From: a virus | Taxonomy: Duplodnaviria; Heunggongvirae; Uroviricota; Caudoviricetes | DNA: 64,000 nucleotides | IMG/VR virus record: IMGVR_UViG_3300033153_006865 | Span: 1,035-65,034 of that record | Reading direction: 5' to 3' (one strand) | In this document: piece after piece, positions 47,539 to 58,348 of the stretch | Numbering within the stretch: the stretch's first letter is position 1 | Layout: the number at the start of each line of letters is the position of its first letter | Notes under the pieces: generated by a model | What the model was told of the DNA's origin: nothing | Databases searched by the model: none | What the model saw: only the letters and a program-made list of their open reading frames with translations | Program-made: the position numbers and the translations under genes

Positions 47539-48080
47539 TTAGATTCTATTTAATGACTCTTTTGCCTTTAATTGTTGTAGTGCAGCTTGCTGTGTACATA
47601 ACTTCAAGCAACATACCCCTTCACAAACATAGCATTCTATGTCTTGACTCTCATGTATACCTTCGTTACTAATTTTAGAACCACAATGGGGACAAACAAT
47701 TTCATCTGTATATTCGCAATCAGGTTCATTCCCGTCTAATTTTTCAAACGCTTCTCTTCTTATTTCTGAGTCTTTAGCTTCTTTACACGGGTTGCAAATC
47801 CATCCTTTTTTACCCCCCCCCAAACACTATTTCCTTTTACGTCCTTCCTTTTGGTCTGACAACTTCTACACCTGTCATGCTCCTCACATTCAATATAGCT
47901 CATCCAGTCTCTAGGCTCACCATTGCATTCACGACAACCGCTAACCCAATACCATTTACTATCAATTAACTCAGCGTACATTGCTTTGTCTTCATGTTTA
48001 AGAGATAAATCACAATTACCTAGACCAATAAATGACCTATCATCTTTATTCCCTTCTCTAAAAAAACTGAGTGCTGCCAC
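47539..48080 (-). CDS. Cys-rich zinc-finger protein interrupted at a G9 tract (two ORF-track pieces)
   Basis: 47760..48080 (CRECNGE...CRSCQ) and 47539..47823 (CNPCK...CPHCG...CYVCEGVCC) overlap exactly at GGGGGGGGG (C9 at 47813..47821 on +). The downstream piece lacks an ATG. Confidence 0.4.
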
Positions 48081-48144
48081 TTCTAACCCTTTGCATTGTA
48101 GGAGTCAATCTTTTATCGTTTATTAATTCTTGTGTCTTCATAAC

Positions 48145-48681
48145 TTACTTATAATATTTATACATGACACTTCTATACATATCTAATAAAACTTTATCAG
48201 ATACTTTATCCATGTGGAACCTTTTTGGTTTCTTTATCTGGGTACAGATTACTCTCGTATAATCCTTGTAATTCATACTGATCTCCTCTGCATAAATTAA
48301 ACCCGCATAATCCGGTACTTCTTCAATTGATATTAAATCTTTAGGGCACACGAAGAAAAAGTAGTTTACAAATGGTTTCTGTATTTCCTCCCATTCTTCA
48401 TAAATCCCTTCATTAGTAGTTTTACAATGCCCAGTCCACTTTCTTCTGGAGATTAACTCCCCGACCATTCGTTTATGTTTGGCTACTTTGTTTCTAAAGT
48501 CTGCTTTGAAATCGGACTTGCTCACTTTAATCTCATACTCTGTTATGAACAGACTCTTATTAACTGAAAGAAAATCAGCCTCACCAACACCTGGAATACA
48601 CATAGTATTTGAACACATATATTTATGCCCTTTATCGTTAGCGAAATTGAATAACGACTTTATTATTTTTTGTTCTGTCAT
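48145..48681 (-). CDS. putative PD-(D/E)xK nuclease
   Basis: GEADFLSV...ITEYEIKVS (D...E-x-K). Confidence 0.4.
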   Translation of the reverse strand: MTEQKIIKSLFNFANDKGHKYMCSNTMCIPGVGEADFLSVNKSLFITEYEIKVSKSDFKADFRNKVAKHKRMVGELISRRKWTGHCKTTNEGIYEEWEEIQKPFVNYFFFVCPKDLISIEEVPDYAGLIYAEEISMNYKDYTRVICTQIKKPKRFHMDKVSDKVLLDMYRSVMYKYYK

Positions 48682-48865
48682 TTATTGCTGGAATTTAAAA
48701 TCTCTTTGGCTAATTCTAACCCCTCCCTGCCATCAAAAGAGTTGTGTACTATCAAAACGCCTCCTTCTCCTATTTTTACTTCTGGATTGCATCTACACAT
48801 AGAACTTTCCTTGTGCTCTTCTAAATCATCTGTTGGCAGTAGGTGCCAAATGTTTTCTTCCATAT

Positions 48866-49393
48866 TTATCCAGGCGCAAGTTCAGTATGATCTAGGGGGT
48901 TATAAACCTTTACTGTTTTAAAATGTGTCATCTTAGCAATTGGCCAGACGGAGTCAAACTCTTGTTCTGTGTCGTCATCAAACTTACACATACAATTCTT
49001 TTTACCCTCTATGTCAAATAGATCTTCATTACCTATGAATTCAATCCAATCATCCACATTTACTGTTGATGCTTTAGGATTGGTCCTATTAATCCTATCT
49101 ATTTCAGCAGCTATTAATGCACCTGCCTTGACTAGTTGTCTAACTGGGTCTTCTGGTGTCGGTTTGAACCACTCAAAATCAAATGGCCACAAGCTGGTAG
49201 AATAATCCTTAAATATGCGCTTCCAGTCATCAGACGCCTCGGAGTGTTTTGAGGCAGCGACATCTAAAGCATACGATGCGGCTGCAGTGGATAGGCACAT
49301 GTCTGTATGGGACTCATCATGAAAACTGTCCCAGCCCTCTTTTTCAATTTGACGAGTTCTTTCATCTGCTATTAATTCTGTTCCTGTCTTCAT
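48866..49393 (-). CDS. hypothetical protein
   Basis: 175-aa ORF. Confidence 0.45.
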   Translation of the reverse strand: MKTGTELIADERTRQIEKEGWDSFHDESHTDMCLSTAAASYALDVAASKHSEASDDWKRIFKDYSTSLWPFDFEWFKPTPEDPVRQLVKAGALIAAEIDRINRTNPKASTVNVDDWIEFIGNEDLFDIEGKKNCMCKFDDDTEQEFDSVWPIAKMTHFKTVKVYNPLDHTELAPG

Positions 49394-49420
49394 AATTAAA
49401 TTTGTTAAAGATTTTGTTAA

Positions 49421-49915
49421 TTATATTTCTCTCCAGAGTTTTACATTCTTAATTTCAAAATCTCTGTTGTCGTAGAAATCATTAAATTCTGATCCATCTA
49501 AAGCTCCAGAATAGACTCTTCCAATATTTCGTGCACCTGACTCATCTTCTACAAGGACAAATTCGCTTCTTTTACCATCCCACATTCCTGTTTGTGTACA
49601 GATTGGATAACTGTCTTCAACATTTTTCCACCCATTCGCCTCGACTAGCTTTTTATTCTCTTCTTTCAACTCTTGACATTGTTGGTGAATTGCTCTCAAC
49701 ACCTTAGTTGCTGCAAAATCATTTATCCATTTAATATCATCTATGAAGGTTAAGATAACTCCCTCCCCTCTGTTTAGATCATACAACATTCCATCAATAG
49801 GTTGTTTTATGAATTCATTTAAAGACATTGATTGGAGGCCATCTCCTGACGCTACTGAAATATTGCCTTCTTTGTAGCCTTGGATTACTAGATCTTTTAT
49901 TTTTGATATTTCCAT
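49421..49915 (-). CDS. hypothetical protein
   Basis: 164-aa ORF. Confidence 0.45.
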   Translation of the reverse strand: MEISKIKDLVIQGYKEGNISVASGDGLQSMSLNEFIKQPIDGMLYDLNRGEGVILTFIDDIKWINDFAATKVLRAIHQQCQELKEENKKLVEANGWKNVEDSYPICTQTGMWDGKRSEFVLVEDESGARNIGRVYSGALDGSEFNDFYDNRDFEIKNVKLWREI

Positions 49916-50577
49916 TATATTATAAATTTAGGTGTGAATCCCCCTTGGTGAGTTCCTGGCACAGGAATCATATTATCCCCTGTTTGATCTACTTCAAAGT
50001 TATCTTGAATTAATTTATACCAATTATTCTTTGGAGTCTTCTTGGGGTCAACTAAAACATGAAACCCTCCTCTAGTTTCTATTAGTGTATAACTCTCTCT
50101 AGGGATAATTTGATTTAGGTCTTCAAAATCAATTTCTTTTGTATCAAAATCAAAATCTACATAACAACTTCTTGACTTACTTTTTTGAATACATGACAAT
50201 GCCTCTGCATGGATATTATAATTATTAGCATCACTCTGAATTAATTTTAATGATTTATTAATTAATTCAAAGGTGGCCTTCTTCATATCTCTTGGATTAG
50301 GATTGATATAAAAAGCTAAAGCTTCTTGAGGTGCTGTTCTTTCTCTTAAAGTATATGAATCAATACTGACCTCAAGTTGCTTTATTTTTTCAAATAGCCT
50401 TTCCTTATTGGATGTGAATCTTCTTAGTTGAGTTTTGTCATTCGACTTTATTAGATCAGTACAATACTTCTTCCTTGCAAATAACGAACAGTAGTACTTT
50501 TCATTATCCTCTAATTCAGGCAGCCAGTTAATAAACTCCTTCAACTTTTCTTCGTCTGTTATTATTGTATAATTCAT
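49915..50577 (-). CDS. AEP (primase-polymerase)-like domain protein, second copy
   Basis: YVDFDFD (DxD) and TRGGFHVLV (sGGxH) spaced about 30 aa apart, as in the prim-pol at 62761..63750. Confidence 0.45.
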   Translation of the reverse strand: MNYTIITDEEKLKEFINWLPELEDNEKYYCSLFARKKYCTDLIKSNDKTQLRRFTSNKERLFEKIKQLEVSIDSYTLRERTAPQEALAFYINPNPRDMKKATFELINKSLKLIQSDANNYNIHAEALSCIQKSKSRSCYVDFDFDTKEIDFEDLNQIIPRESYTLIETRGGFHVLVDPKKTPKNNWYKLIQDNFEVDQTGDNMIPVPGTHQGGFTPKFII

Positions 50578-50692
50578 AATTTCAGTTTATTTTAGTGCTC
50601 AAGAGTCACCTCCTCATTTTCAAGCACTCCATCGGTTAAATCAAATACATCTCCGCAATTAGCACAAGGTGTTGGCATTTCTTGATACATGT

Positions 50693-50974
50693 CTATTTTG
50701 TTTTTACCAATTTACTTGCATTTTCTATTAACTTGAATGTATAATCTGTTTTAAAATTTCCTTCGAGTTCATCAATCAGTGATACGATCATTTCTTTCAA
50801 TGTTTCAATATCCTCCACCATCACTCCATAATTGCCATTCAAGAGTTTAAATGCTTTTCTAGATATCTCTTCATCTAGAATTAATAAATCGATTACCTCC
50901 AACTGTCTTGGAGACAAATTGTGGAATAATACATGCCCAAATTCTGGGTGTGGTAATTTAGTCTCTGTTGCCAT
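50693..50974 (-). CDS. hypothetical protein
   Basis: 93-aa ORF. Confidence 0.4.
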   Translation of the reverse strand: MATETKLPHPEFGHVLFHNLSPRQLEVIDLLILDEEISRKAFKLLNGNYGVMVEDIETLKEMIVSLIDELEGNFKTDYTFKLIENASKLVKTK

Positions 50975-51249
50975 TACTTAAATTTTATTGGGTGTATTGC
51001 CGTCACTTCTGCCAGTTTCTGAAGAGTGGTAAATCCACCTAGTCCTATAGCTTCAGAAAAATACTCCTGTTCTGGTTTTTTCTCTAGAAAATCTGAGTAA
51101 TCGAAAATATAATTTTCAACTCCTACTGCTCCTCCAGCTTCTTGACATCTATCTTTATGGAAATCTGATTCAAAGAAATCTTCGCTTCTAGTCCAATTAA
51201 TATACTTCCTCAAAGTTATTAGGTGGCTTATTCCAAATCTATTTTTCAT
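50974..51249 (-). CDS. hypothetical protein
   Basis: 91-aa ORF. Confidence 0.4.
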   Translation of the reverse strand: MKNRFGISHLITLRKYINWTRSEDFFESDFHKDRCQEAGGAVGVENYIFDYSDFLEKKPEQEYFSEAIGLGGFTTLQKLAEVTAIHPIKFK

Positions 51250-51259
51250 AATTTTTATT

Positions 51260-51409
51260 TTCCTGGTTTACTCACTCTATGTTCATGCTTACAATTATTG
51301 CAGACAGAAGAGAATGCTACCCCTCTTTGAAAAAGATGGACCATCATTGGAATTAATCCAACCGGCTTATTGCATTTGTGACATGGGAAGATTACTATAT
51401 TCATATACT
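51260..51409 (-). CDS. small zinc-ribbon protein (49 aa, below cutoff)
   Basis: MNIVIFPCHKCNKP...CNNCKHEH. Confidence 0.25.
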
Positions 51410-51633
51410 TGGTTTATGTTCTTCTAAATTTAGTGCACAATCAATCGCCCCCTGTGAGGCGAACTCATTACTTAGAAATATATCAGGTATGTCTTGTATT
51501 TGATAGGGCCAATCGTTTACGATCACCCAATCACCTATCTTTTTTTCTTCATCCATAACTCCCACTTATAATTATTTATTTTTGCTAAAGTAGTGATAAA
51601 TTCTGGAGTGGCAACACAATTAACAGAAAAGTT

Positions 51634-53064
51634 TTAAACTTCTCCCATTATTGTCTGACGAATTGCCTCTTTACAACGATTCACTAATCCAGGTCCATAC
51701 TTGGAAGTATCTGCATTCTCAATATACCACAGTAGATAACCTTGATGATTTTCGGCTATCCAAGTGAGCTTTTTACCTTTGTGTTTGCCAAAAGGGATTA
51801 TACCTAAATCAGTCTTACCTTTAACTATACCGTTGTGTTTATCTTTTAAATCCTGTCTGGTTATGTTAATCTGCCCCCCAATTGGAACACCTGTTACAAC
51901 CTTATCCCCTGCAAAAACTGTCCAGCCCTTGTTGTACTCAACATTTTCTATAGATAGTAATCTTGGATGTCCTAACCTACTTACATTCCCACAACAATCC
52001 ACGAATACAAAATCCTTCTTTCCCTCAGCTATTCTAACGCCCCTACCATAAATTTGATAGGCTACAGCTAAACTATTTGTAGGCCTTCCTAATATAATTG
52101 CATCTAACTCAGGACAATCAAAACCTTTATCTAGCGTAGCGAAGTTAAACATAATCTTCAACTCCCCTTCTTGGAACCTTCGTATATTCTCTTCCCTGTC
52201 TTTTTTCTTTGTTGATCCGGTTATCATAGCAGCTACCTCTCTGCCAAACCCTTTAGGCCCATTACACCAATTCACAAATACCTCTGCATTTTGTACTGAA
52301 TCTACAAATACAAGAATCCTATCCCGCTGGCCTGAATCAATTAATTGCTTTAGTCTTACACAGATAGATCTGTTGACTCCATTTGACTCATTAGCCCTTA
52401 TTACAGTCTCTTCCTTGTAAGCACTTCCTGTGGTATTTAATTCCAATTCTGTCTCATCATATATCCAACTCTCATCAACTGATGGAGCCCAGAATCCAAG
52501 ATCAATTATCTCTGATATTTGCTGAACATATCCAATTTCTGCAAAATATCTAGGGCGGGTACGGTTTAACATCTTCAAAGTAGATCCGCCAAATGAGTTG
52601 TATAACCTAAAAGGGGTTGCAGTAAATCCAATTGATTTATAAGGTCTAATCCTACTGGTAAATCTCATGAACTGTGATCCCCTGTCTGGAGAGGCCTTGA
52701 AGTGACACTCATCTGTAATTAACAGAATGTTCTTAATCTTGGACAGATTTTCAGCCTCCTTTATTATTGATCCCATGGTGGCATAAGTTATATGTCCCAA
52801 CTCTTTTACACCTAGAGATGCACTATATACAGAACATTCTCCACCAAGTAGCTTAAACTTCTCAACATTTTGGGCTAAGAGTTCCTTGGATGGTTGAAGT
52901 ACTACAATGGGTCCATCATGCACTTTTGCTATTCCAGCAATTACCCAAGATTTACCACTGCCTGTGGGAAGGACAGCAACTATTGGCTTTGCCGAAGTGC
53001 CTTGTATATATTTTATACATACATCAACACACTCTTGTTGGTAATCTCTTAAGGCTGCTTTCAT
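51634..53064 (-). CDS. SF2 DEAD/DEAH-box (ResIII-type) DNA helicase
   Basis: LRDYQ, Walker A LPTGSGKS, DEAH-like ITDECH. Confidence 0.8.
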   Translation of the reverse strand: MKAALRDYQQECVDVCIKYIQGTSAKPIVAVLPTGSGKSWVIAGIAKVHDGPIVVLQPSKELLAQNVEKFKLLGGECSVYSASLGVKELGHITYATMGSIIKEAENLSKIKNILLITDECHFKASPDRGSQFMRFTSRIRPYKSIGFTATPFRLYNSFGGSTLKMLNRTRPRYFAEIGYVQQISEIIDLGFWAPSVDESWIYDETELELNTTGSAYKEETVIRANESNGVNRSICVRLKQLIDSGQRDRILVFVDSVQNAEVFVNWCNGPKGFGREVAAMITGSTKKKDREENIRRFQEGELKIMFNFATLDKGFDCPELDAIILGRPTNSLAVAYQIYGRGVRIAEGKKDFVFVDCCGNVSRLGHPRLLSIENVEYNKGWTVFAGDKVVTGVPIGGQINITRQDLKDKHNGIVKGKTDLGIIPFGKHKGKKLTWIAENHQGYLLWYIENADTSKYGPGLVNRCKEAIRQTIMGEV

Positions 53065-53138
53065 AATAAGTGGTCTATTTTTCTCTGTTTGAGAGTATAG
53101 TAATGTTTGTAGAGTACCTTTGCTCGTTCATATTTTCC

Positions 53139-53741
53139 TTATTTCTCATTCTCTTCTTTATTTTTATGTTCTGGCTCTTGTTGCTTTTCGAATTCTATAA
53201 TTCGTGGCCATTTCCTACGGGCTAGGTCTTGCATCATGAAAGGAATGGGCTCATTGCCATGTAGTGAAATTACAACAGAATCATCCTCCTCACCATCATT
53301 AATCTCTCTTAACGTATGTTCTGCCTTATTAATATCCTCAAGTACTAGAGAACGAAGTTTCACCTCCTCTTCCTGTTTCTTAAGAACTGCTTTTGCTTGT
53401 TTGTCGGTAAGGTTCTCTTCAACTAGTTCCATCCATGATACGTCTTCTGAATAAACAGAGTACCTTTCATCCAATATAGTAAAGAAAGTCCTAAGAAGCT
53501 TTAGTGAGTTTTTGACCCTAGTGTTGTTTAGATCCTCTGTCTTCTCTGCCATTTTATAAAGCTTAGACATATTATCTATCGCCCTATTGTTTAACACCCT
53601 TTGGAGTGCATAGCTATCTGTCCTGCCCTTAATATTCTTAACTTCCAACCAGTTGTTGTCTCTGATGAACTTTAATTCTTTTTTGGCACCAGGTAATACC
53701 CGTGAGATAAAAGAATCTATTTCTGTTTTTACTTCTGACAT
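53139..53741 (-). CDS. acidic hypothetical protein
   Basis: 200-aa ORF. Confidence 0.45.
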   Translation of the reverse strand: MSEVKTEIDSFISRVLPGAKKELKFIRDNNWLEVKNIKGRTDSYALQRVLNNRAIDNMSKLYKMAEKTEDLNNTRVKNSLKLLRTFFTILDERYSVYSEDVSWMELVEENLTDKQAKAVLKKQEEEVKLRSLVLEDINKAEHTLREINDGEEDDSVVISLHGNEPIPFMMQDLARRKWPRIIEFEKQQEPEHKNKEENEK

Positions 53742-53757
53742 ATTGCAATATAATAAT

Positions 53758-54855
53758 TTATTTTAACTCTTCAAAATGTTCTAGTGGATTAATTGAAAAG
53801 CACTCAGTGTGGCCACCGAATTTTATATTTGGTGTATACTGGTGTTCTTTATATTTATCAATGCACAACTGCTCTAAGGGGAAGGTTTCATACAGCCTCC
53901 CTTCAATTAGTTTAAGATGCTCTACTTTATAAGGAAACGCTCTGTGCCTAACCTTATAATCTATGGACAGTCCTATCTTATAGAATACTTCACTATCAGA
54001 TGTGCACTTTACTACATAAAGAGGGACATGTTTATTAGGGTCTGATCTGAACACTGCTTCATATCCTCCTGGTATTCCTTCATCTCCACATTTTATACAT
54101 CCATGACCTTGGAGATGTTTACTAGGGTTTTGTTCAAATACACCATGATTATTACACTTAATTTTAACCTTCATCCTTGAAGTTAAATATTCAACGAATT
54201 GATAATCATATTTATTCCCATGAATTTCTATTGCTTTGTGTTTAAAACATTTATTTTTATCAACTGCTAGTTGTATTGTAGGTGCTGAGCCTTTTAACAT
54301 CCCTGATGGCGTCGCTAGGTATCTTATACCTCCTTTATCTTCAACTAATATTTTTGTGGTGGCTCCTTTAAAATCTCCGATAACGTTAAGCTCTGGATGT
54401 ATACACTTTAATTTCTTAGTAAAGTTAGCCTTCTCCCTCTGTGAGGCTGGAGGTGTATTACATGAACATTTACTACACCCATGTCCTAGAAGATGGTTGC
54501 TAGGAGTCTGGGAGAATAAACCATGTGTCTTACACACTATCTCCACTTTTTTACTGCAGAGCTCATATCTAATGTGGGAATAATCATATTTATCTCCGTG
54601 TACCAGCCTACTTTTTACTATAAAACACTCTGTTTTATCTACAGCGGCTCCAATCGATGGTGCTGACCCCCTTAATAAATTTGTTGGTAGGCACATATAT
54701 TCAGTACCTAGTTTATCTACTACTTTTAATAGTGTTTTAGAGTGGGTGTATCTTCCAACCACAGTGAGTCCAGGTTGGACACTTTTCAACCTTGTTACAA
54801 ACTCAATATGTGTCCTTTTTACTTCCCATGGTGTAAAGATACAAATTAATCTCAT
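53758..54855 (-). CDS. T5orf172 (GIY-YIG-like) endonuclease with zinc-ribbon repeats; paralog of 37198..38286
   Basis: Repeated HG.F.Q.P..HL.GHGC..C and C-terminal VPLYVVKC..SEVFYKIGLSIDY...GGHTECF. Inserted between the polymerase and helicase genes. Confidence 0.7.
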   Translation of the reverse strand: MRLICIFTPWEVKRTHIEFVTRLKSVQPGLTVVGRYTHSKTLLKVVDKLGTEYMCLPTNLLRGSAPSIGAAVDKTECFIVKSRLVHGDKYDYSHIRYELCSKKVEIVCKTHGLFSQTPSNHLLGHGCSKCSCNTPPASQREKANFTKKLKCIHPELNVIGDFKGATTKILVEDKGGIRYLATPSGMLKGSAPTIQLAVDKNKCFKHKAIEIHGNKYDYQFVEYLTSRMKVKIKCNNHGVFEQNPSKHLQGHGCIKCGDEGIPGGYEAVFRSDPNKHVPLYVVKCTSDSEVFYKIGLSIDYKVRHRAFPYKVEHLKLIEGRLYETFPLEQLCIDKYKEHQYTPNIKFGGHTECFSINPLEHFEELK

Positions 54856-54866
54856 TAAATCAAAAA

Positions 54867-56876
54867 TTAATGGACCTCTGCATAATTTTTTCCAACCATC
54901 ACGTCAATTTCTATTTCAAAAGGAAAATTAAAAATTTTATTTACTTGTTGCATACTTTCTCTAAGGATTAGTTCTGTCTTTTCAATATCCTCTGGGTTAT
55001 TTTTCGCATATAGTCCGACCTCATCATGAAACTGCATTATGGGTTTTATGCCCCTCTGTATCATTTCGTAGCACCAATAGTCAAATACTTTTACGCCTGC
55101 ATTTTGATTCAATACAGAGAATCTAAGGTGGTCAGAGGTTAATAATAGCCACAACTTTGATATTGGATTATATATAAACTCCCTACCATCTGAAATAGTT
55201 TTCGTCCTCTGGTCAGCTGCATATTGTTTTACTGCCCAATTTATCTCCCAGTACGCATCTAGTAATTTCTTTGCTTCTTTATAGGTTCTCCCAATACTCT
55301 CTGAAAGTTTTTGGGCTCCTACTCCATAAACACTAGAGTAGTTTACTGTTTTGGCCGATGCTCTTGTCTTGTTAATGTCTTCAAATAAGTGGTGGTGTTC
55401 CTCATAATTCATACCAACCCATTCCTGTAATTCAGGATCTGCTTGTAACTCACTAATCAATTCAGCAGTGATCTCCTCTTTTCTGTGAACCTTTTCAAAT
55501 CTTTTGAACCACCTATAGAATTTTACTTCCTCAGCAGTTAACATATCTGCCTTTACTCCAATCTCAAGATGACTGTCATATCCAGTACCACTCATAGAAT
55601 TTACATAATCTGGATCATAAGGAAATATTGCTGCTTTCTTTGTCTGATCTTCCAAAGAGCTTATGTCAGAACCTACTAATACATAACCTTCTGGGGCCAC
55701 CATAACAGACCTAACAAACTCGCCATAGGCTGCTGTTGGTTTTGGTAAATTTTGAAAACCTCCACCATGTTTGAGCCTAAGAGTTTTAGCAAACCCATTT
55801 GCTCTGGCTGGCATATATCCATTCTCATCTACTGTTTTTAAGAATTTAGTTAAGTATCCCAGACGATGCTGAGCCACAGACAATCCACTAAGAGCTTGTA
55901 GAGATGGATTACTTTCAATAAGTCTGTCAATGTCCCTACAAAGAGTTTTCTCATCGTCGTCATTCTTCAATTGTGGTACTTTATCCCCAGTGCTGGTACT
56001 TTTCTTGTAAACACTTGGTTCCCATCCCAGAGTAAATAAGTACGTCTTCATCTGTGCTACAGATTGTGGGTTTGGTTCTATGTATTTTGTAGTTACAATA
56101 ACTTCCCCATCATACTCATGAGGATAGCCTATTTGGTCCATTAAATCGAACCACTTCTGGCCTGTATTACTCATAGTGCCGTCCTTTTTAAAGGGTTTTG
56201 CAGGTCTTTTTCTCTTTGCTGTTACAGGAACTTCGGGCATTAACTTTTTAAGCTCCTCGACTTTCTCGTCCACAATAGCTTGTAAGATGTCTGAATTCTT
56301 TTGGCATTGGACTACATCTATTAACACCTGGTTCTCGTCTTGTATAACAAGACACTCCATCTTGAAGTTTGAGTAGTTTATTACCTTTTCAATCTCTGCG
56401 TCAGTGTCGTAAAGCTCTCTTAAAACACCTAAGAATTTAACCCACATTCCAATCTGTAATTTGGTATCAACCTCACAACGTTCTTTATACTCCTCGTAGG
56501 AGAGGCCCTTCCAATCTTCAATCTCTACTTTACCTACTTCATCTCCATACATTTCTTTTGCCCACGCAGCGACTCCGTGTTGCATCTTATCTGGATATAA
56601 CATCCAACTTAAAGATAAAGTATCAATGATTGTACAGTTTACTGTATAGCCTAGCTTTTCAAACGCACGTTTATCATATGGTAATCCATTGTGGAATGCT
56701 AACACTTTTTCTGGGTCTCCTAATAGACTTTGAATACTGTCTCGGTCATTGGTTGATCTAATCTCCCAGACATTTTGTTCATTGACAAATCCTATAGAAA
56801 GTACATGGCACTTTGTAAGGTCTTCAAGTAAAGAGTCAAATTCTGCGTCGGCTATGATTACACTATTTAAATTCAT
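54867..56876 (-). CDS. family A DNA polymerase (T7-like, with 3'-5' exonuclease)
   Basis: Exo I IIADAEFDSL, Exo II AFHNGLPYD; pol motif A GSDISSLE, motif B RASAKTVNYSSVYGVG, motif C QFHDEV. Confidence 0.85.
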   Translation of the reverse strand: MNLNSVIIADAEFDSLLEDLTKCHVLSIGFVNEQNVWEIRSTNDRDSIQSLLGDPEKVLAFHNGLPYDKRAFEKLGYTVNCTIIDTLSLSWMLYPDKMQHGVAAWAKEMYGDEVGKVEIEDWKGLSYEEYKERCEVDTKLQIGMWVKFLGVLRELYDTDAEIEKVINYSNFKMECLVIQDENQVLIDVVQCQKNSDILQAIVDEKVEELKKLMPEVPVTAKRKRPAKPFKKDGTMSNTGQKWFDLMDQIGYPHEYDGEVIVTTKYIEPNPQSVAQMKTYLFTLGWEPSVYKKSTSTGDKVPQLKNDDDEKTLCRDIDRLIESNPSLQALSGLSVAQHRLGYLTKFLKTVDENGYMPARANGFAKTLRLKHGGGFQNLPKPTAAYGEFVRSVMVAPEGYVLVGSDISSLEDQTKKAAIFPYDPDYVNSMSGTGYDSHLEIGVKADMLTAEEVKFYRWFKRFEKVHRKEEITAELISELQADPELQEWVGMNYEEHHHLFEDINKTRASAKTVNYSSVYGVGAQKLSESIGRTYKEAKKLLDAYWEINWAVKQYAADQRTKTISDGREFIYNPISKLWLLLTSDHLRFSVLNQNAGVKVFDYWCYEMIQRGIKPIMQFHDEVGLYAKNNPEDIEKTELILRESMQQVNKIFNFPFEIEIDVMVGKNYAEVH

Positions 56877-56881
56877 GGTTT

Positions 56882-57349
56882 TTACTTTTGTCGGCCCTCG
56901 CCCAATTCAATATTTTTTAGTAGTTTGTCAACAGCAGTCTTAACAACTTCTAAGTCTGACTTTGTTCCTCCAGCTATCTTTTTTCCTAAAAGGCCATTTA
57001 TTCCTAATATGTTGAGCTTGTCGTCTGCTGATACCTTTATATCCAACATACCTTCTGATTTGAAAACGCCTGTATTTACAAGCTTTATAGAAGCCGATCC
57101 TCTACTAGGGGTCTCATCGATAATTTCTTTAAACCCTTGGTCAACAAGATAAGCTCGAATACCTGTAATATTTGAACTCTTAACAATTAAGTTGAGATTA
57201 TTTACTTGGTTAATATCTATCAATTCCGCCCTATAAAGTATGTACGAACCATAAATTTCCGCCCCAAAGTATAGGTTTGTCCCTCTAATAATTTCTTCTA
57301 GTTTTTTCATGTGGTAATTATAGTAAAAATTTTTGATATAACAACACAA
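56882..57349 (-). CDS. hypothetical protein
   Basis: 155-aa ORF. Confidence 0.45.
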   Translation of the reverse strand: MCCYIKNFYYNYHMKKLEEIIRGTNLYFGAEIYGSYILYRAELIDINQVNNLNLIVKSSNITGIRAYLVDQGFKEIIDETPSRGSASIKLVNTGVFKSEGMLDIKVSADDKLNILGINGLLGKKIAGGTKSDLEVVKTAVDKLLKNIELGEGRQK

Positions 57350-57354
57350 ATCCC

Positions 57355-57396
57355 CAGAAACTTTCCCGAGGGTTTGGATTTTTTGTTGTATTATTT
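57355..57396. repeat. GGGGATTT-type terminator cassette, copy A
   Basis: acaaatccccagaaactttcccgagggtttggatttttt; related copies at 57985 and 58349. Confidence 0.55.
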
Positions 57397-57939
57397 GTTA
57401 ATTAAGTAATTCCACGCTTTCCATGTGTACTTAATTTGATGTTTGGCATCATCAAGTCCGTAATGGGGAATTCCAGTAACAGGCTCTGCTGCCTTAAATT
57501 GTGGGGCCATGGCTTCAACTGTTCTCACATCTCTTTCAAGACGGAAGTTCCAGAATTGGTCTTCGGATCCAACCTTACGAGCTGCGTTCTCTATTATACC
57601 TACATCAAATCTAGGCGACCTTCCCCACAGGCATAACTCTTCAGCTCCATTATTTTCTATGAATTGTTTAAAAAGGAGAAGTCCTGCTGCGATACCAACC
57701 CTCCTTAACTCTCCTCCAAATACCATTTTTCTGGCAGACTCACTTTGATTCATCCACCATGTTATTGTGGACCCATTTACTTCCAACCCTAAATCCAGGC
57801 AGCTTTGAGTATCAATATCTACGTGAAATTCTGCACCGGTTTCTCCTGTGTGAATATCGAATACCACGGCTGATATTGACAAAATTACTGAATTGTTTCC
57901 CTTTCCTAGAGTCTCAATGTCCAACATTGCATCTTTCAT
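57391..57939 (-). CDS. DEDDh 3'-5' exonuclease
   Basis: Exo I MLDIETLG, Exo III HYGLDDAKH (H-x4-D). Confidence 0.7.
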   Translation of the reverse strand: MKDAMLDIETLGKGNNSVILSISAVVFDIHTGETGAEFHVDIDTQSCLDLGLEVNGSTITWWMNQSESARKMVFGGELRRVGIAAGLLLFKQFIENNGAEELCLWGRSPRFDVGIIENAARKVGSEDQFWNFRLERDVRTVEAMAPQFKAAEPVTGIPHYGLDDAKHQIKYTWKAWNYLINK

Positions 57940-57984
57940 ATTATTAGTTTTAGTTAGGTTTCAAAATTACATAAACTTATTCAT

Positions 57985-58023
57985 ATAAACAAAGAAATCC
58001 CCGAGAAAATTTTCTCGGGGATT
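57985..58023. terminator. perfect palindromic terminator (cassette copy B)
   Basis: aaatccccgagaaaa|ttttctcggggattt. Confidence 0.6.
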
Positions 58024-58044
58024 AAATTTTAATTATGAGAATAC

Positions 58045-58287
58045 CTATTCTCCTAAGAAAGCGTTTGCGTTCTTAATAATTTTATAATTAGAATCCATTT
58101 GGGCGGAAATCTCATTGTTTATTTGTTCAATCTCTTGAATGGCTGATTCATTATCGTTTCGGGTAATGAATGCTGCATTGTTCAATTCTACAAGAGAGTC
58201 TCTAAACCTTCTAAATTCCGAAACAGCTGCATTTGATTTCTTTGAAAAAAGGTCAGCTATTGCCTTCCTACTAAGTTTTCCTAACAT
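58045..58287 (-). CDS. hypothetical protein
   Basis: 80-aa ORF flanked by cassette copies B and C. Confidence 0.4.
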   Translation of the reverse strand: MLGKLSRKAIADLFSKKSNAAVSEFRRFRDSLVELNNAAFITRNDNESAIQEIEQINNEISAQMDSNYKIIKNANAFLGE

Positions 58288-58348
58288 GTTTTTATTTTTT
58301 AAGTGGTTAATATATTAATATGGTGCAAGGTTAAGAATAATTTTTGGT

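Noticed and set aside
54867-56876. Possibility that the 669-aa PolA is split and continues into 56882..57349
   Set aside because: All exonuclease and polymerase motifs (Exo I-II, A, B, C) lie within the single ORF at a T7-Pol-like length. The upstream ORF shows no polymerase motifs.
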